64,000 bases of DNA from Gemmatimonadaceae bacterium (GCA_040902005.1 JBBDYA010000045.1:26747-90746); one strand, 5' to 3'. Numbered from the stretch's first letter, positions 38,891-52,048 are shown. Notes: generated by a model not told the origin, from the letters alone. Made by a program: numbers and translations.

Positions 38891-39961
38891 ATGCCAACTA
38901 TCGATCTCCGCGGACTTGTCCGCCCGCAACTCGTCGAGTCCACCAAGCGCGACGACAACCCGAACGTCGCCGAGTTCCGCCTCCAGCCGCTGGAGCGCGG
39001 GTTCGGCCACACCTTGGGCAATTCCATCCGCCGCCTGCTGCTGTCATCGCTGCGCGGATCGGCGGTTTGGGGCTTCCGGGTGGACGGTGTGGTGCACGAG
39101 CATCAGACCATCCCGGGCGTGGTGGAAGATGTCCATCAGATCATCGGCAACCTCAAGGCGCTGACCCTGACCCTGGATGAAGGCGTGGAGGATGTGGTGC
39201 TCCGCGTCACCAAGGACGAGGCGGGTGCGGTGACTGCCGCGGACATTCAGCAGAGTGTCGCGGGCGCGCGCGCGGTGAACCTGTCGCAGCACCTGTTCAC
39301 GCTGCAGGACGACCGCTCCATTGCGATGGAGCTGTACGTCAACAAGGGCCGCGGCTACGTCGAGGCGGACCAGCATCCGCTCGATCGTGGACTGCCGATC
39401 GATCTCGTGCGGGTGGACTCCATCTACAATCCCGTGCGTCGGGCCAACTTTTCCGTCGCGGAAACCCGCGTCGGACAGCGCACCGACTATGACCGCCTCA
39501 CGCTGATCGTCGAGACCAACGGCACCATCTCGCCGGAGGAGGCCGTGAGTTACGCGGCGGCGCTGGCGCAGACGCACTTTCAGTACTTCGTGGAGTTCGG
39601 CACGCACGCATCGGCGCCGCTCGGGCTGGCGATGGAGTCGGGCGAAGGTGATGCAGGCAAGATGGCGCACAAGCTCCGCACGCCGATCGACGACCTCGAG
39701 CTCTCCGTCCGGTCGGTGAATTCGCTCAAGAACTCGAACATCCGGACCCTGGGCGACCTGGTGCGCCAGACCGAAAGCCAGATCCTGCAGGTCAAGAATT
39801 TTGGCAAGAAATCGCTGCAGGAGATCGCGGATCTCCTCGAGCGTGAACGGCTCAACTTCGGGATGCGCTTCGAGGAAGCGGATGGCGGGCTGCGGGTGCT
39901 GGATCTCGGCACGCCGCCCAGCCAGGCCGCCGCGGCCGCACCCGACGACATGGAGGAGTAA
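38891..39961 (+). CDS. rpoA: RNA polymerase alpha subunit
   Basis: PLERGFGHTLGNSIRR.LLSS, TRVGQRTDYD.L, alpha-CTD LELSVRS.NSLK, NFGKKSL.EI. Confidence 0.97.
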   Translation: MPTIDLRGLVRPQLVESTKRDDNPNVAEFRLQPLERGFGHTLGNSIRRLLLSSLRGSAVWGFRVDGVVHEHQTIPGVVEDVHQIIGNLKALTLTLDEGVEDVVLRVTKDEAGAVTAADIQQSVAGARAVNLSQHLFTLQDDRSIAMELYVNKGRGYVEADQHPLDRGLPIDLVRVDSIYNPVRRANFSVAETRVGQRTDYDRLTLIVETNGTISPEEAVSYAAALAQTHFQYFVEFGTHASAPLGLAMESGEGDAGKMAHKLRTPIDDLELSVRSVNSLKNSNIRTLGDLVRQTESQILQVKNFGKKSLQEIADLLERERLNFGMRFEEADGGLRVLDLGTPPSQAAAAAPDDMEE

Positions 39962-39965
39962 GGCA

Positions 39966-40322
39966 ATGCGGCATCGCAAGGCGGGGCGGCAGCTTCGCCG
40001 GACGAGCGAGCAGAAGCTCGCGCTCATGCGCAATCTCGCCACGTCGCTCATCGAGAGCGGCGCCATCGAGACCACCGAGGCCAAGGCCAAGGAGTTGCGC
40101 CCGTTCGTCGAGAAGCTGATCACGAAGGCAAAGGCCGGTACGCTGCATGCGCGACGGCTCGCCGGTCGGCACATCCAGAAGCGCGAGGCGGCCGACAAGC
40201 TGTTCCAGGAGATCGGTCCGAAGTTCGCCACGCGTCCCGGCGGCTACACCCGGATTCTCAAGACCAGACACCGCAAGGGCGATGGGGCCGAGATGGCCCG
40301 CATCGAACTGGTGGAGGAATAA
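39966..40322 (+). CDS. rplQ: 50S ribosomal protein L17
   Basis: [30 protein letters not shown]. Confidence 0.97.
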   Translation: MRHRKAGRQLRRTSEQKLALMRNLATSLIESGAIETTEAKAKELRPFVEKLITKAKAGTLHARRLAGRHIQKREAADKLFQEIGPKFATRPGGYTRILKTRHRKGDGAEMARIELVEE

Positions 40323-40324
40323 CC

Positions 40325-40543
40325 ATGGCCATCGATCGCAGTCGCTGCTATGCGTGCGGCAAGGGAGTCGCCTTCGGCAACAACGTGTCGCACGCGAACA
40401 ACAAGACGCGTCGCACCTGGAAGCCCAACCTCCAGGTGGCGCGCATCGTCGGTCCAGAGGGCAAGATCATCAAGGTGAAGGTCTGCACCAGTTGCCTGAA
40501 CGCCGGCAAGATCAAGCGCGCGCCGCGGGGCGCGGCGGCGTGA
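40325..40543 (+). CDS. rpmB: 50S ribosomal protein L28
   Basis: CYACGK...[20 protein letters not shown]...VCTSCL. Confidence 0.96.
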   Translation: MAIDRSRCYACGKGVAFGNNVSHANNKTRRTWKPNLQVARIVGPEGKIIKVKVCTSCLNAGKIKRAPRGAAA

Positions 40544-40572
40544 GGGGAACGCCCCCGCCGCCCGTGAACCGC

Positions 40573-41574
<1,002 letters not shown>

Positions 41575-41584
41575 CGCGTCGCCG

Positions 41585-42535
41585 ATGTCGCGGCGGGTCC
41601 TGATCACGGGCGGGTCCGGATTCGTCGGACAGTGGCTCACGCGTGCCTTGATGAAACGGGGCGACACGGTGTTTGCGGGAACGCTCGAGGGGCCGCCGAG
41701 GGTCGGAGTCCTCGACGCCCAGGTGATCGCGGCGACCCACTGGCTGACCCTCGACACCGCCTCCGACGCGAGCATCCGAGCCGCGGTCACTGGCAGCGCC
41801 CCCGATTGGATTGTGCATCTCGCGGGCATCGCCTATCCGCCGGACGCGAATGCCGACCCGGTCCGGGCCTTCGAGGTCAACGCACTTGGCGCGCTCCGGC
41901 TGCTGACGGCCGTCGCGACCAGCGCGCGCGACGCGCGCGTGCTGATCATCGGCAGCGCGGACGAGTACGGCCCGTATCCGCCGGACCGGTACCCGCTGGA
42001 TGAGACGACGCCGCTGGCGCCGCGCAGCGTGTATGGCTCCTCCAAGGCGGCGCAGGAGCTCCTCGCACTGCAGATGTGGCGGAGCGCCGGACTGCAGGTC
42101 GTGTGCACGCGCAGCTTCAATCACTCGGGCGCAGGGCACGCGGACACCTACCTGCTTCCCGCGCTGGTGCGTCGAGCGGCCGCGCTGCCGGAAACGGGCG
42201 GAACGCTGCTCATCGGCAACGCCGCGCCCGTGCGGGACTATCTTCACGTCGCGGACGTGGTGGATGCCTATCTGCTGCTGCTCGACCGTGGCACCGCAGG
42301 CGAGGTGTACAACGTCTGCAGCGGGAAGGGGGTGTCCGTGCGACAGCTCGCGGAGCACGTCTTGCGCCGGCTGGGCGTGCGCGCTGCCATTTCCACGGAT
42401 CCTGCCTTGAGTCGACCGAGCGATACGCCAGTGCTCATTGGCGACAACAGCAGGTTGCGGGGTGCCACGGGGTGGTCGCCGCGGCGCTCGATCGACGACA
42501 TCATTGATGACCTGAGCCATGCCACGACGCGCTGA
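41585..42535 (+). CDS. rmd: GDP-4-keto-6-deoxy-D-mannose reductase-like extended SDR
   Basis: [28 protein letters not shown]...RDY..V.DVVDAY; follows gmd. Confidence 0.7.
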   Translation: MSRRVLITGGSGFVGQWLTRALMKRGDTVFAGTLEGPPRVGVLDAQVIAATHWLTLDTASDASIRAAVTGSAPDWIVHLAGIAYPPDANADPVRAFEVNALGALRLLTAVATSARDARVLIIGSADEYGPYPPDRYPLDETTPLAPRSVYGSSKAAQELLALQMWRSAGLQVVCTRSFNHSGAGHADTYLLPALVRRAAALPETGGTLLIGNAAPVRDYLHVADVVDAYLLLLDRGTAGEVYNVCSGKGVSVRQLAEHVLRRLGVRAAISTDPALSRPSDTPVLIGDNSRLRGATGWSPRRSIDDIIDDLSHATTR

Positions 42536-45500
42536 TCTGCACCGCATTCTCGTCATCGGGTCCGGGCCGATTGTCATTGGCCAGGGCGCGGAGTTCGACT
42601 ATTCCGGGACGCAGGCCGCCAAGGCACTCCGGGAGGAGGGGTACGAGGTCATTCTGGTGAACTCGAACCCGGCCACGATCATGACCGATCCGGAGGTCGC
42701 GGATCGCACGTACATCGAACCCGTGACGCCCGAGTTCGTGGAACTCATCATCGAGAAGGAGCGTCCGGACGCGCTCCTTCCCACGATGGGCGGCCAGACC
42801 GCGCTGAACGTGGCCATGGCCCTGTCGGAATCCGGCGCACTGGAGCGACATGGGGTGGAGCTCATCGGTGCCAGCGCCCGGGCGATCGCCATTGCGGAAG
42901 ATCGCCAGTTGTTCGCCGAGGCCATGACGAGGATTGGCCTGGCCGTGGCGGAGGGGGGGATCGCGAGCTCCCTGGACGACGCGGAGGCCATCGTGGAGCG
43001 CACGGGGTACCCCGCGATCATCCGCCCCTCATTCACCCTGGGCGGCAGCGGGGGCGGCATCGCGTACAACCGCGAGGAACTCGAGGAGATCGTCCGGCGC
43101 GGCCTCGACGAGTCGCCGACGACGCAGGTGCTGGTCGAGCGCAGCGTGATCGGGTGGAAGGAGTTCGAGCTCGAGGTGATGCGCGATCAGTACGACAACG
43201 TCGTGATCGTCTGCTCGATCGAGAACCTCGATCCCATGGGGGTGCACACCGGAGATTCGATCACCGTGGCGCCGGCGATGACGCTCACCGATCGCGAGTA
43301 CCAGGTGATGCGCGATGCGGCATGCGCCGTGATCCGGGAGGTCGGTGTGGCGGCCGGCGGGTGCAACATCCAGTTCGCGGTGAACCCGGCGGACGGCGAG
43401 ATGATCGTCATCGAGATGAACCCGCGCGTGTCCCGCTCGTCGGCGCTGGCATCGAAAGCCACAGGATTCCCGATCGCGCGCATTGGCGCCAAGCTCGCGG
43501 TGGGCTATCGGCTGGATGAGATTCCGAATGACATCACGAAGACGACGCCGGCGTCCTTCGAGCCGGTGCTCGACTACGTCGTCGTGAAGGTCCCGCGGTT
43601 CGCCTTCGAGAAATTTCCCAAGGCGAGCCCGTATCTGACGACGCAGATGAAGTCCGTGGGCGAGTCCATGGCCATCGGGCGGACCTTCAAGGAGGCCTTT
43701 CAGAAGGGGCTGCGTGCACTCGAGGTGGGCCGCCCGGGATGGACGACGGCCGCGCGGCTGATCGATGACCGGCTGCCGGATGACACCCTCGAGGCGCTTC
43801 GCGGGGCGCTGCGACAACCCACGCCGGAGCGCATCTTCCAGGTCAAGCATGCGCTCGAGCGCGGCATGACCGTGCGTGAGGTGCACGAGCTGACCGCCAT
43901 CGATCCGTGGTTCCTCGAGCAGTGTCTCGAGCTGGTGGAATCGGAGCGCTGGTATGCGGCGCTGGATGCGCCGGGTGCCGACGACATCCGGCGCATGAAG
44001 CGCCGTGGGTTCTCCGACGCGCAGCTCGGGGGCATCCGCGGTGAGTCCGAGCAGTCCGTGCGCGAACAGCGGTGGGCGCTGGGCGTTCGCCCCGCCTACA
44101 AGATGGTGGATACCTGTGCGGGCGAGTTTCCCTCGAAGACGCCGTACCTCTATGGCTCGTATGACGAGGAGAGTGAGGCGCCCCGCACGGGGAAACGGTC
44201 CGTCGTCATCCTCGGCAGCGGGCCCAATCGCATCGGGCAGGGTGTCGAGTTCGACTACTGCTGCGTGCGGGCGGTGATGGCGCTTCGCGAGGCGGGGTAC
44301 GAGACGATCATGATCAACTCGAATCCCGAGACGGTGTCCACGGATTACGACACCTCGGACAAGCTGTACTTCGAACCACTCACGCTCGAGGACGTGCTGG
44401 AGATCGTCCAGCGCGAGTCACCCGTGGGCGTCATCGTGCAGCTGGGCGGCCAGACGCCGCTGAAGCTCACCCGCCGGCTGGAGGCGGCCGGCGTGCGCAT
44501 CCTCGGCACGTCCCCCGACGCGATCGACATGGCCGAGGACCGCCGCCGGTTCGACGGGATCGCGCGCGCGCTCGGCCTGAAGCAGCCGCCCAATGGGACG
44601 GCGACGAGCATCGATGAGGCGATCGAGGCCGCGGAGCGGATCGGCTATCCCGTGCTGGTGCGTCCCTCGTACGTGCTGGGCGGCCGTGCCATGATGATCG
44701 TGTACGACGCCGAGTCGCTGCGCGGCTACTTCATGACCGCCGCGCGCGTCTCGGAAGAGCGTCCCGTCCTCATCGACCGGTTCCTCGAGGACGCGTTCGA
44801 GGCGGACGTCGACGCCATCAGCGATGGCACGGACGTGGTCATCGGCGGCATCATGCAGCACATCGAGGACGCCGGCATCCATTCCGGTGACTCGGCCTGC
44901 GTGATGCCTCCCTATCTGATCGGCGAGGCGGCCATGGCGATGATGCGCGAGCAGACGATCGCGCTTGCCCAGGCGCTGGGCGTGGTGGGGCTGATCAACG
45001 TGCAGTACGCGATCAAGGACGGCGTCGTCTACGTGCTGGAGGTGAACCCGCGCGCGAGCCGCACGATCCCGTTCGTGTCCAAGGCGATCGGCGTGCCCCT
45101 GGCCTCGCTCGCGGCGCGCGTCATGCTGGGCGAATCGCTGGCGGACGTCGGCCTGACCGAGGAAATCGTTCCCACGTACGTGTCGGTGAAGGAGGCGGTG
45201 TTTCCATTCAACAAGTTCGTCGGCACCGACCCCGTCCTTGGTCCGGAGATGCGTTCCACGGGGGAGGTGATGGGCATCGCCGATTCGTTCGGCTGGAGCT
45301 TTGCCAAGGCACAGCTGGCGGCGGGGAACGGGCTTCCCCTGGAAGGCAGCATTCTGATCACGGTCAATGATTCGGACAAGCCGACGGTGACGCCGATCGC
45401 CCGCCGATTCCAGGAGATGGGGTTCCAGGTCCTCGCCACGACCGGCACGGCACGGTATCTCCGCGCGCGGGGCATTCCCGTGACGCCGGTGTTCAAGGTG

Positions 45501-45755
45501 CACGAGGGCCGGCCCAACTGCCTCGACTACGTGGTGAACGGAGACGTGCACCTGTTGATCAACACGCCCATGGGCAAGCACTCACAGGTGGACGATTACA
45601 TCCTGCGTGAAGCGGCGCTTCGCAACAAGATCGCCTACACGACCACGCTCTCGGCGGCCAGCGCCGCGTGCGACGCCATTCTCGCGTTGCGGTCCCGCAA
45701 GCCCAGCGTCAAGCCGCTTCAGGAGTGGCAGCGTCAGCTCGGAGCGGGTGTATGA
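42519..45755 (+). CDS. carB: Carbamoyl-phosphate synthase large subunit
   Basis: [17 protein letters not shown], two ATP-grasp repeats ([19 protein letters not shown]), C-terminal MGS domain; 1078 aa. Confidence 0.97.
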   Translation: MPRRADLHRILVIGSGPIVIGQGAEFDYSGTQAAKALREEGYEVILVNSNPATIMTDPEVADRTYIEPVTPEFVELIIEKERPDALLPTMGGQTALNVAMALSESGALERHGVELIGASARAIAIAEDRQLFAEAMTRIGLAVAEGGIASSLDDAEAIVERTGYPAIIRPSFTLGGSGGGIAYNREELEEIVRRGLDESPTTQVLVERSVIGWKEFELEVMRDQYDNVVIVCSIENLDPMGVHTGDSITVAPAMTLTDREYQVMRDAACAVIREVGVAAGGCNIQFAVNPADGEMIVIEMNPRVSRSSALASKATGFPIARIGAKLAVGYRLDEIPNDITKTTPASFEPVLDYVVVKVPRFAFEKFPKASPYLTTQMKSVGESMAIGRTFKEAFQKGLRALEVGRPGWTTAARLIDDRLPDDTLEALRGALRQPTPERIFQVKHALERGMTVREVHELTAIDPWFLEQCLELVESERWYAALDAPGADDIRRMKRRGFSDAQLGGIRGESEQSVREQRWALGVRPAYKMVDTCAGEFPSKTPYLYGSYDEESEAPRTGKRSVVILGSGPNRIGQGVEFDYCCVRAVMALREAGYETIMINSNPETVSTDYDTSDKLYFEPLTLEDVLEIVQRESPVGVIVQLGGQTPLKLTRRLEAAGVRILGTSPDAIDMAEDRRRFDGIARALGLKQPPNGTATSIDEAIEAAERIGYPVLVRPSYVLGGRAMMIVYDAESLRGYFMTAARVSEERPVLIDRFLEDAFEADVDAISDGTDVVIGGIMQHIEDAGIHSGDSACVMPPYLIGEAAMAMMREQTIALAQALGVVGLINVQYAIKDGVVYVLEVNPRASRTIPFVSKAIGVPLASLAARVMLGESLADVGLTEEIVPTYVSVKEAVFPFNKFVGTDPVLGPEMRSTGEVMGIADSFGWSFAKAQLAAGNGLPLEGSILITVNDSDKPTVTPIARRFQEMGFQVLATTGTARYLRARGIPVTPVFKVHEGRPNCLDYVVNGDVHLLINTPMGKHSQVDDYILREAALRNKIAYTTTLSAASAACDAILALRSRKPSVKPLQEWQRQLGAGV

Positions 45756-46339
45756 CGGCACCCGACGTCTTCATACACGAGTCCAGCTACGTGGACGACG
45801 GCGCGCGGATCGGTGCGGGGACCCGGATCTGGCATTTCTGTCACGTCATGCCGGGCGCCGTGATCGGCGAGCGCTGCAGTCTCGGGCAGAACGTCGTCGT
45901 GATGAACCGCGTCCGGCTGGGGAACAACGTCAAGGTGCAGAACAACGTCTCGATCTATGAGGGCGTGGAGCTGGAGGATGACGTGTTCTGCGGCCCGTCC
46001 ATGGTGTTCACCAACGTGATGAATCCGCGGAGCCACGTGTCGCGGAAGGACGAATATCGCCGGACGCTGGTCCGTCGCGGATCGTCGATCGGCGCGAACG
46101 CCACGATCGTGTGCGGCGTGACGCTCGGGGAATACAGTTTCATCGGCGCGGGGGCCGTGGTCACCGGTGACGTCCCCGATTACGCGCTGATGGTCGGCGT
46201 GCCGGCGCGCCGGCTGGGCTGGATGTGCCACTGCGGGGAACGGCTCGCGGACAGCGGGACGGGTCGCTGCGCGGCGTGTGGGACGGCCTATGAGCGCACC
46301 AGCGCCGGCGTGCAACGCGTGTCGCCAGACGCCAGATGA
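45752..46339 (+). CDS. wbpD: UDP-2-acetamido-3-amino-2,3-dideoxy-glucuronate N-acetyltransferase (WbpD/WlbB-like)
   Basis: Hexapeptide repeats, [29 protein letters not shown]-terminal CxCG...CxxCG. Confidence 0.85.
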   Translation: MTAPDVFIHESSYVDDGARIGAGTRIWHFCHVMPGAVIGERCSLGQNVVVMNRVRLGNNVKVQNNVSIYEGVELEDDVFCGPSMVFTNVMNPRSHVSRKDEYRRTLVRRGSSIGANATIVCGVTLGEYSFIGAGAVVTGDVPDYALMVGVPARRLGWMCHCGERLADSGTGRCAACGTAYERTSAGVQRVSPDAR

Positions 46340-47394
46340 CGTCACCGAACGCGCAGGCGCGCGCATTCCGGGTGGCGCTCGTGGGCTGCGGCCGCATCAG
46401 CCGCAATCACTTCGACGCGATCCGGACCGTCGACGGTCTCTCGCTGACGGCCGTCTGTGACAACGTGGAGGAGCGCGCGCGCGCGGCGGGGGAGGACCAG
46501 GGCGTCGCGTGGTACACGGACTATGCGACCATGCTGGCCAAGGCGGACGCGGACGTCATCGCGGTCTGCACGCCGTCAGGCCTGCATTCCGCGCAGGGTG
46601 TAATGGCGGCCAGTGCCGGCCGGCACGTCATCTCGGAAAAGCCGATGTCCATCACGCTCGAGCAGGCGGACGCGCTCGTGCAGGCGTGCGATGCCGCGGG
46701 CGTATCGTTGTTCGTGGTGAAACAGAACCGGCTCAATCCGGCCGTCCAGCTCCTGAAGCGCGCGGTGGACAAGGGACGGTTCGGCCGCATCTATCTCGCC
46801 AACAGCACGGTGCGCTGGCAACGCCCGCAGGAGTACTACGACTCGGCGCCGTGGCGCGGCACCTGGGAGTTTGACGGCGGCGCGTTCATGAACCAGGCGT
46901 CGCACTACGTGGACCTCATCCAGTGGCTGATGGGACCGGTGGAGAGCGTCGTGGCAAAAACCGCCACGCAGGCACGTCGGATCGAGGCCGAGGACTCCGG
47001 CGTGGCCGTGCTGCGGTTCCGCAACGGCGCGCTCGGCGTGATCGAGGTCAACGTCCTCACGTACCCCCGGAACTGGGAGGGCTCCATCGCCATCATGGGC
47101 GAGCGCGGGTCCGCGAAGATCTCCGGCACGGCGGTGAACCGGGTGGAACACTGGGCCTTCGCCGATGACGACGATGACGACAAGCTGCTGGAAGCGTCCA
47201 GCACCAACCCGACGAACGTCTACGGATCAGGGCACGAGGGATACTACCGGAATGTGCTGAACGTGCTGCGCGGGGAGGCGCAGCCGGAGACGGACGGCCG
47301 CGCGGGCCGGAAGTCGCTGGAGCTCATTCTGGGCATCTACGAGTCCGCAAAAACGGGACGCGACGTGCCGCTTCCCCTGCGCAGCCGGCTATAA
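46336..47394 (+). CDS. Gfo/Idh/MocA oxidoreductase (WbpB/WlbA-like 3-dehydrogenase)
   Basis: [43 protein letters not shown]. Confidence 0.85.
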   Translation: MTSPNAQARAFRVALVGCGRISRNHFDAIRTVDGLSLTAVCDNVEERARAAGEDQGVAWYTDYATMLAKADADVIAVCTPSGLHSAQGVMAASAGRHVISEKPMSITLEQADALVQACDAAGVSLFVVKQNRLNPAVQLLKRAVDKGRFGRIYLANSTVRWQRPQEYYDSAPWRGTWEFDGGAFMNQASHYVDLIQWLMGPVESVVAKTATQARRIEAEDSGVAVLRFRNGALGVIEVNVLTYPRNWEGSIAIMGERGSAKISGTAVNRVEHWAFADDDDDDKLLEASSTNPTNVYGSGHEGYYRNVLNVLRGEAQPETDGRAGRKSLELILGIYESAKTGRDVPLPLRSRL

Positions 47395-47400
47395 TTGAGC

Positions 47401-48513
47401 ATGTCCGTTCCGTTACTCGATCTTAAGGCGCAGCATGCCACGATTCGCGACGAGATGATCGCCGCGCTGACGCGCGTGGCCGACTCGCAGCTGTTCATTC
47501 TTGGCGAGGAGGTCGCTCGGCTGGAGCAGGAGGTCGCGGCGCTGTCGGGCACCCGGCACGCCATCGGCTGCGCGAACGGCACGGACGCGCTGCTGCTCGC
47601 GTACCGCGCGCTCGACATCGGGCGGGGGGACGAGGTCATCACGACCCCGTTCACGTTCTTTGCCACGGCGGGGGCGATCCATAACGTTGGCGCGACACCA
47701 GTCTTTGTGGACATCGAGCCCCGAACCTTCAACATCGATCCGGCGGCGGCGAAGGGCGCCGTGACATCGCGCACCAGGGCCGTGGTGCCGGTGGACCTGT
47801 TCGGCCAGATGGCCGCGCTGGAATGCCTGCGGGAACTTCTGCCGTCGCTCCCGATCATCGAGGACGCCGCCCAGTCCATCGGCGCGCGCCGGAGCATCGC
47901 CGGCGTCGAGCGCCGCGCCGGCGAGTTCGCCACGATCGGCACGTTCAGCTTCTTTCCGTCGAAGAATCTCGGTGGCTACGGCGATGGCGGCATGCTCGTG
48001 ACGCAGGACGACCGGCTGGCCGAGCGGCTGCGCCGACTGCGCGTGCACGGCGGCATGACGACTTACCACCACGAGGAAGTCGGGTACAACAGCCGGCTGG
48101 ACTCGCTCCAGGCCGCGGTCCTGCGGATCAAGCTCCCGCACCTCGAACGGTGGAGCGAGCGGCGCCGGGAGAATGCCGCCTACTACAGCCGCGCGCTCGC
48201 GGACGTGCCCGACGTCGTCACGCCGTTCATCGATCCGGCCAATACGTCGATCTTCAACCAGTACACGCTGCGCGTTGAACGGCGCGCCGAGTTGCAGGCG
48301 CACCTCAAGGCGCGGGCGGTCGGCAACGCGATCTATTATCCGTTACCACTGCACCTGCAACCCTGTTTTGCGCATCTGGGGTACACGCAGGGAGCGTTTC
48401 CCGAGGCGGAGCGCGCCGCGCGCGAGGTGATTTCCATTCCGGTCTTTCCGGAGCTGTCGCGCCCACAGCAGGACGAGGTCATCGACGCGATTCGCACTTT
48501 CTACAGGCGCTAG
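47401..48513 (+). CDS. DegT/DnrJ/EryC1/StrS aminotransferase (WbpE/WlbC-like)
   Basis: NGTDAL, EDAAQS.G, SFFPSKNLG.YGDGG, NSRLD. Confidence 0.9.
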   Translation: MSVPLLDLKAQHATIRDEMIAALTRVADSQLFILGEEVARLEQEVAALSGTRHAIGCANGTDALLLAYRALDIGRGDEVITTPFTFFATAGAIHNVGATPVFVDIEPRTFNIDPAAAKGAVTSRTRAVVPVDLFGQMAALECLRELLPSLPIIEDAAQSIGARRSIAGVERRAGEFATIGTFSFFPSKNLGGYGDGGMLVTQDDRLAERLRRLRVHGGMTTYHHEEVGYNSRLDSLQAAVLRIKLPHLERWSERRRENAAYYSRALADVPDVVTPFIDPANTSIFNQYTLRVERRAELQAHLKARAVGNAIYYPLPLHLQPCFAHLGYTQGAFPEAERAAREVISIPVFPELSRPQQDEVIDAIRTFYRR

Positions 48514-48520
48514 GTTTCGT

Positions 48521-49900
48521 ATGACGATGAAGAAGCAGTTGCTCGACAAGATTGAACAGCGAACGGCGCGCATCGGCGTCATTGGACTTGGCTACGTGGG
48601 CCTGCCGCTCGCGGTGGAGTTCGCGCGCGCCGGATTTCGCGTCGTGGGCTACGACGTGAGCGAGCGCGTCGTGAACCTTGTCAATGACGGTCATTCGCAC
48701 ATCGCGGATGTTCCGGCGAGCGCCGTGGCGGCGCTGGTGAAGGAGGGGCGCCTCGACGCCACCACCGACCCGGCGCGCCTGGGAGAGCTGGACGCCATCT
48801 CGATCGCCGTGCCGACGCCGCTGGCCAAGACCCGTGATCCGGACATGTCGTACGTGCTGTCGGCGACCGATACGGTCGCCCGCACGGCGCGCCCCGGGCA
48901 GGTCATCATCCTGGAGAGCACCACGTACCCCGGCACGACGCGGGAGTTGCTGCAGCCGGCGATGGAGGCGAGAGGGCTGGTGATCGGCGAGGACGTGTTT
49001 CTCGCGTTCAGCCCCGAGCGCGTGGATCCGGGGAACGAGCGCTGGCATACGAAGAACACGCCGAAAGTGGTCGGCGGGATCACGCCGCACTGCACGGAGG
49101 TTGCCTCGCGACTGTATGGTGCGTGCATCGACCGGGTGGTATCGGTCTCTTCTCCGGAGGCAGCGGAACTCACCAAGCTGCTCGAGAACACGTTCCGGTC
49201 GGTGAACATCGCGATGGTGAACGAGATGGCCATTGTCTGTGACAAGCTCGGCGTCGACGTCTGGGAGGTCATCGACGCGGCGGCGACCAAGCCGTTCGGC
49301 TTCATGCGGTTCACGCCCGGCCCGGGCATCGGCGGACACTGCATTCCGCTGGATCCGCACTACCTCGCCTGGAAGATGCGTACGCTGAACTACAAGACGC
49401 GGTTCATCGACCTGGCGAGTGAAATCAACAGCGAGATGCCGGCGTTTGTCGCGGACAAGGTGGCGGGCGCGCTGAACGACGAACGCAAGTCGGTGAACGG
49501 CAGTCACGTGCTCGTCATCGGCGTGGCGTACAAGCGGGACATCGACGACGTGCGCGAGAGCCCGGCCCTGGACGTGATTCGTCTGCTGGAGGAGTCCGGC
49601 GCCGAGGTGTCCTATCACGATCCCTATGTGCCCACCTTCCAGGAGGATGGCATTCGCCGCGACAGCGTGTTGCTGACGGACGACGTGCTCAAGAAGTGCG
49701 ACGCCGTCGTCATCGTCACGGACCACAGCAGCATCGACTACCAGCGGATCGTCAATCGCGCGGCCCTGATCGTGGACACGAGGAATGCGACTGCCCGGGC
49801 GCTGCCCGGACGGGCGCGGGTGGTCTCCCTCAGTTCCGCGCCCGCCCTGCAGGCATTCGACGCCGCGTTGCCGCTCGTGACGGGCAAGGTCGTCGCGTGA
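48521..49900 (+). CDS. Nucleotide-sugar dehydrogenase (UDP-GlcNAc 6-dehydrogenase, WbpA-like)
   Basis: GLGYVGLP, ESTTYPG, SPERVDPG, KLLENTFR, GGHCIPLDP. Confidence 0.88.
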   Translation: MTMKKQLLDKIEQRTARIGVIGLGYVGLPLAVEFARAGFRVVGYDVSERVVNLVNDGHSHIADVPASAVAALVKEGRLDATTDPARLGELDAISIAVPTPLAKTRDPDMSYVLSATDTVARTARPGQVIILESTTYPGTTRELLQPAMEARGLVIGEDVFLAFSPERVDPGNERWHTKNTPKVVGGITPHCTEVASRLYGACIDRVVSVSSPEAAELTKLLENTFRSVNIAMVNEMAIVCDKLGVDVWEVIDAAATKPFGFMRFTPGPGIGGHCIPLDPHYLAWKMRTLNYKTRFIDLASEINSEMPAFVADKVAGALNDERKSVNGSHVLVIGVAYKRDIDDVRESPALDVIRLLEESGAEVSYHDPYVPTFQEDGIRRDSVLLTDDVLKKCDAVVIVTDHSSIDYQRIVNRAALIVDTRNATARALPGRARVVSLSSAPALQAFDAALPLVTGKVVA

Positions 49901-49945
49901 TTGTCGCGGACCGATGCGCCCGACGGTCGTGATGCAGGAGTCGCC

Positions 49946-51310
49946 GTGAACATTTCAGTCATCGGCACCGGCTACGTCGGTCTCGTGCTGGGCGCGTGCA
50001 TGGCGGAGACCGGGAACGATGTCATCTGCGCGGACGTCGACGCGGGGAAGATCGAAGGGCTCAAGCGGAATGAGCTGCCCATCTATGAGCCCGGGCTGGA
50101 GGCCTACGTCGAGCGCAATCAGCGGGACGGGCGTCTGTCGTTCACGACCGATGTGGCCTGGGCCGTCGGCGAGGCGGATGTGGTCTTCATCGCCGTCGGC
50201 ACGCCCCCCGACGAGGATGGCTCGGCCGATCTGCGGCACGTGCTCGACGTGGCGAAAACCATCGGCACCGCCATGCGCCGCGAACTCGTGGTGGTCACGA
50301 AATCCACCGTGCCGATCGGCACCGCCGCCCGGGTCGCCGAGGTGATCGGCAGGCACGGCCAGCATCCCTTTCACATGGTGAGCAATCCGGAGTTCCTGAA
50401 AGAGGGCGCGGCCGTGGACGACTTCATGAAACCGGACCGTGTGGTGCTCGGCGTGGAGTCCGATCACGCCAGGGGGGTGATGGCGGAGCTGTACGCACCG
50501 TTCCTCCGCACGGGACGGCCGATCATTTTCATGGACATTCCATCGGCGGAGTTGACCAAGTATGCCGCGAACGCGATGCTGGCCACGCGCATCTCCTTCA
50601 TGAACGACATCGCCAACCTGTGCGAGCGCGTTGGCGCGAGCGTGGACCTCGTGCGTCGCGGCATCGGGAGCGACGAGCGGATCGGCCCGTCCTTCCTCTT
50701 TCCGGGCCCCGGATACGGCGGTTCGTGCTTTCCCAAGGACGTGCAGGCCCTGGCGCGCACCGCGCGGGATCACGGCCTGTCGCTGCAGGTGCTCGAGTCC
50801 GTCGAGGCGGTCAACGAGCGACAGAAGCACCGACTCGCCCAGAAACTCAGCGCCGCCCTGGGTCCGGCAGTGCGCGGTGCGCGCGTCGCCATCTGGGGCC
50901 TCGCCTTCAAGGCGAACACCGATGACATGCGCGAGTCTCCGTCCTTGACGATCATCGAGGACCTGCTGTCCAGCGGAGCGCACATCGTCGCGCACGATCC
51001 GGTGGCGATCCCGGAGGGGAAACGGCGCCTCGATACGCGGATTCAGTTTGCGGAGAGCAGCTACGAGGCGCTTCGTGACGCGGACGCTCTCGTGGTGGTG
51101 ACGGACTGGAATGAATACCGGCACCCCGACTTCGAGCGGATGCGGACCTTGTTGCGCCGGCCGCTGATCGTGGATGGACGCAACCTGTACACGCCAGCGA
51201 AGATGCAGCAACTCGGCTTCGAGTATTACTCGGTTGGGCGGGGCGCCGATGCACGCACCGCGGCCAGCGTGGCGTCACCCGCGCCCCGCGCAGTGAAGTC
51301 GGGCGCGTGA
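49946..51310 (+). CDS. ugd: UDP-glucose 6-dehydrogenase
   Basis: GTGYVG, KSTVP, SNPEFLKEG, GYGGSCFPKD, FK.NTDD.RESP; AGGAG SD before GTG 49946. Confidence 0.9.
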   Translation: MNISVIGTGYVGLVLGACMAETGNDVICADVDAGKIEGLKRNELPIYEPGLEAYVERNQRDGRLSFTTDVAWAVGEADVVFIAVGTPPDEDGSADLRHVLDVAKTIGTAMRRELVVVTKSTVPIGTAARVAEVIGRHGQHPFHMVSNPEFLKEGAAVDDFMKPDRVVLGVESDHARGVMAELYAPFLRTGRPIIFMDIPSAELTKYAANAMLATRISFMNDIANLCERVGASVDLVRRGIGSDERIGPSFLFPGPGYGGSCFPKDVQALARTARDHGLSLQVLESVEAVNERQKHRLAQKLSAALGPAVRGARVAIWGLAFKANTDDMRESPSLTIIEDLLSSGAHIVAHDPVAIPEGKRRLDTRIQFAESSYEALRDADALVVVTDWNEYRHPDFERMRTLLRRPLIVDGRNLYTPAKMQQLGFEYYSVGRGADARTAASVASPAPRAVKSGA

Positions 51311-51334
51311 CCACTCCCCACGGCACGGACGCGG

Positions 51335-52048
51335 TTGGACGCGGCGTCTGACCTCCTGACCGTCGCGCGCGAGCCGTTCGCCGCGCGCGACTACCGGGGA
51401 GCCGCGCTGCTCCTTGCCTCGGCCATCGAGTCCGGGCAGGGGTATGCCGACGCGCACCACCTGCTGGGGCTGTCGCTGGCGCTGAATGATCAGCGTGACG
51501 AAGCCCTGCGCGCGTTCGACAACGCGATCCAGTGCAATCCCCGCTACGTCGAGGCCCATCTCAACCGCTCGATCGTCCTGAGCGACCTGGGACGCGCCCC
51601 GGAGGCGAAGGACGCGCTGGCCCGCGCCCAGGAACTCGGACGGCCGGACTCGACCGGCTTTCCGTCCATGATCGGCGATCGGCTGGCGAACATGCATGCC
51701 GAACTGGGCCGCGCCTATCGCGAAGCGGGGGTCCTGCGCTCGGCCATCGCGCAGTTCAGGAGCGCGCTCGAGATCCGGCCGAACTTTGCCGACCTGCGCC
51801 TCGAGCTCGCGCGCGCCCTGCTGGACGCGGGGGAGCGGGACGAGGCGGCGCGGTTGCTGGACGAGATACTCAGCGTGCGACCGGAATGGCTCGATGCCAT
51901 GCTGCTCCGCGGCCTGGCAGCTTATCTTGCTGGAGAGTTGGAGCGGGCAAAGGCGGTCTGGGAGGGTGCTTCCGAACGACATCCGGATGAGCCGCGCCTC
52001 GGGACCTATCGCTCCATGCTCGCACGCCGGCTGGGCGAGCAGAGCTGA
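51335..52048 (+). CDS. Tetratricopeptide repeat protein
   Basis: Repeated TPR patterns (ADAHHLLG, NPRYVEAHLN, RPNFADLRLELA). Confidence 0.8.
   Translation: MDAASDLLTVAREPFAARDYRGAALLLASAIESGQGYADAHHLLGLSLALNDQRDEALRAFDNAIQCNPRYVEAHLNRSIVLSDLGRAPEAKDALARAQELGRPDSTGFPSMIGDRLANMHAELGRAYREAGVLRSAIAQFRSALEIRPNFADLRLELARALLDAGERDEAARLLDEILSVRPEWLDAMLLRGLAAYLAGELERAKAVWEGASERHPDEPRLGTYRSMLARRLGEQS

Noticed and set aside
47161..47187. DDDDDDK run resembling a FLAG/enterokinase tag
   Set aside because: Native acidic loop in the WlbA-like dehydrogenase; no vector or engineered context
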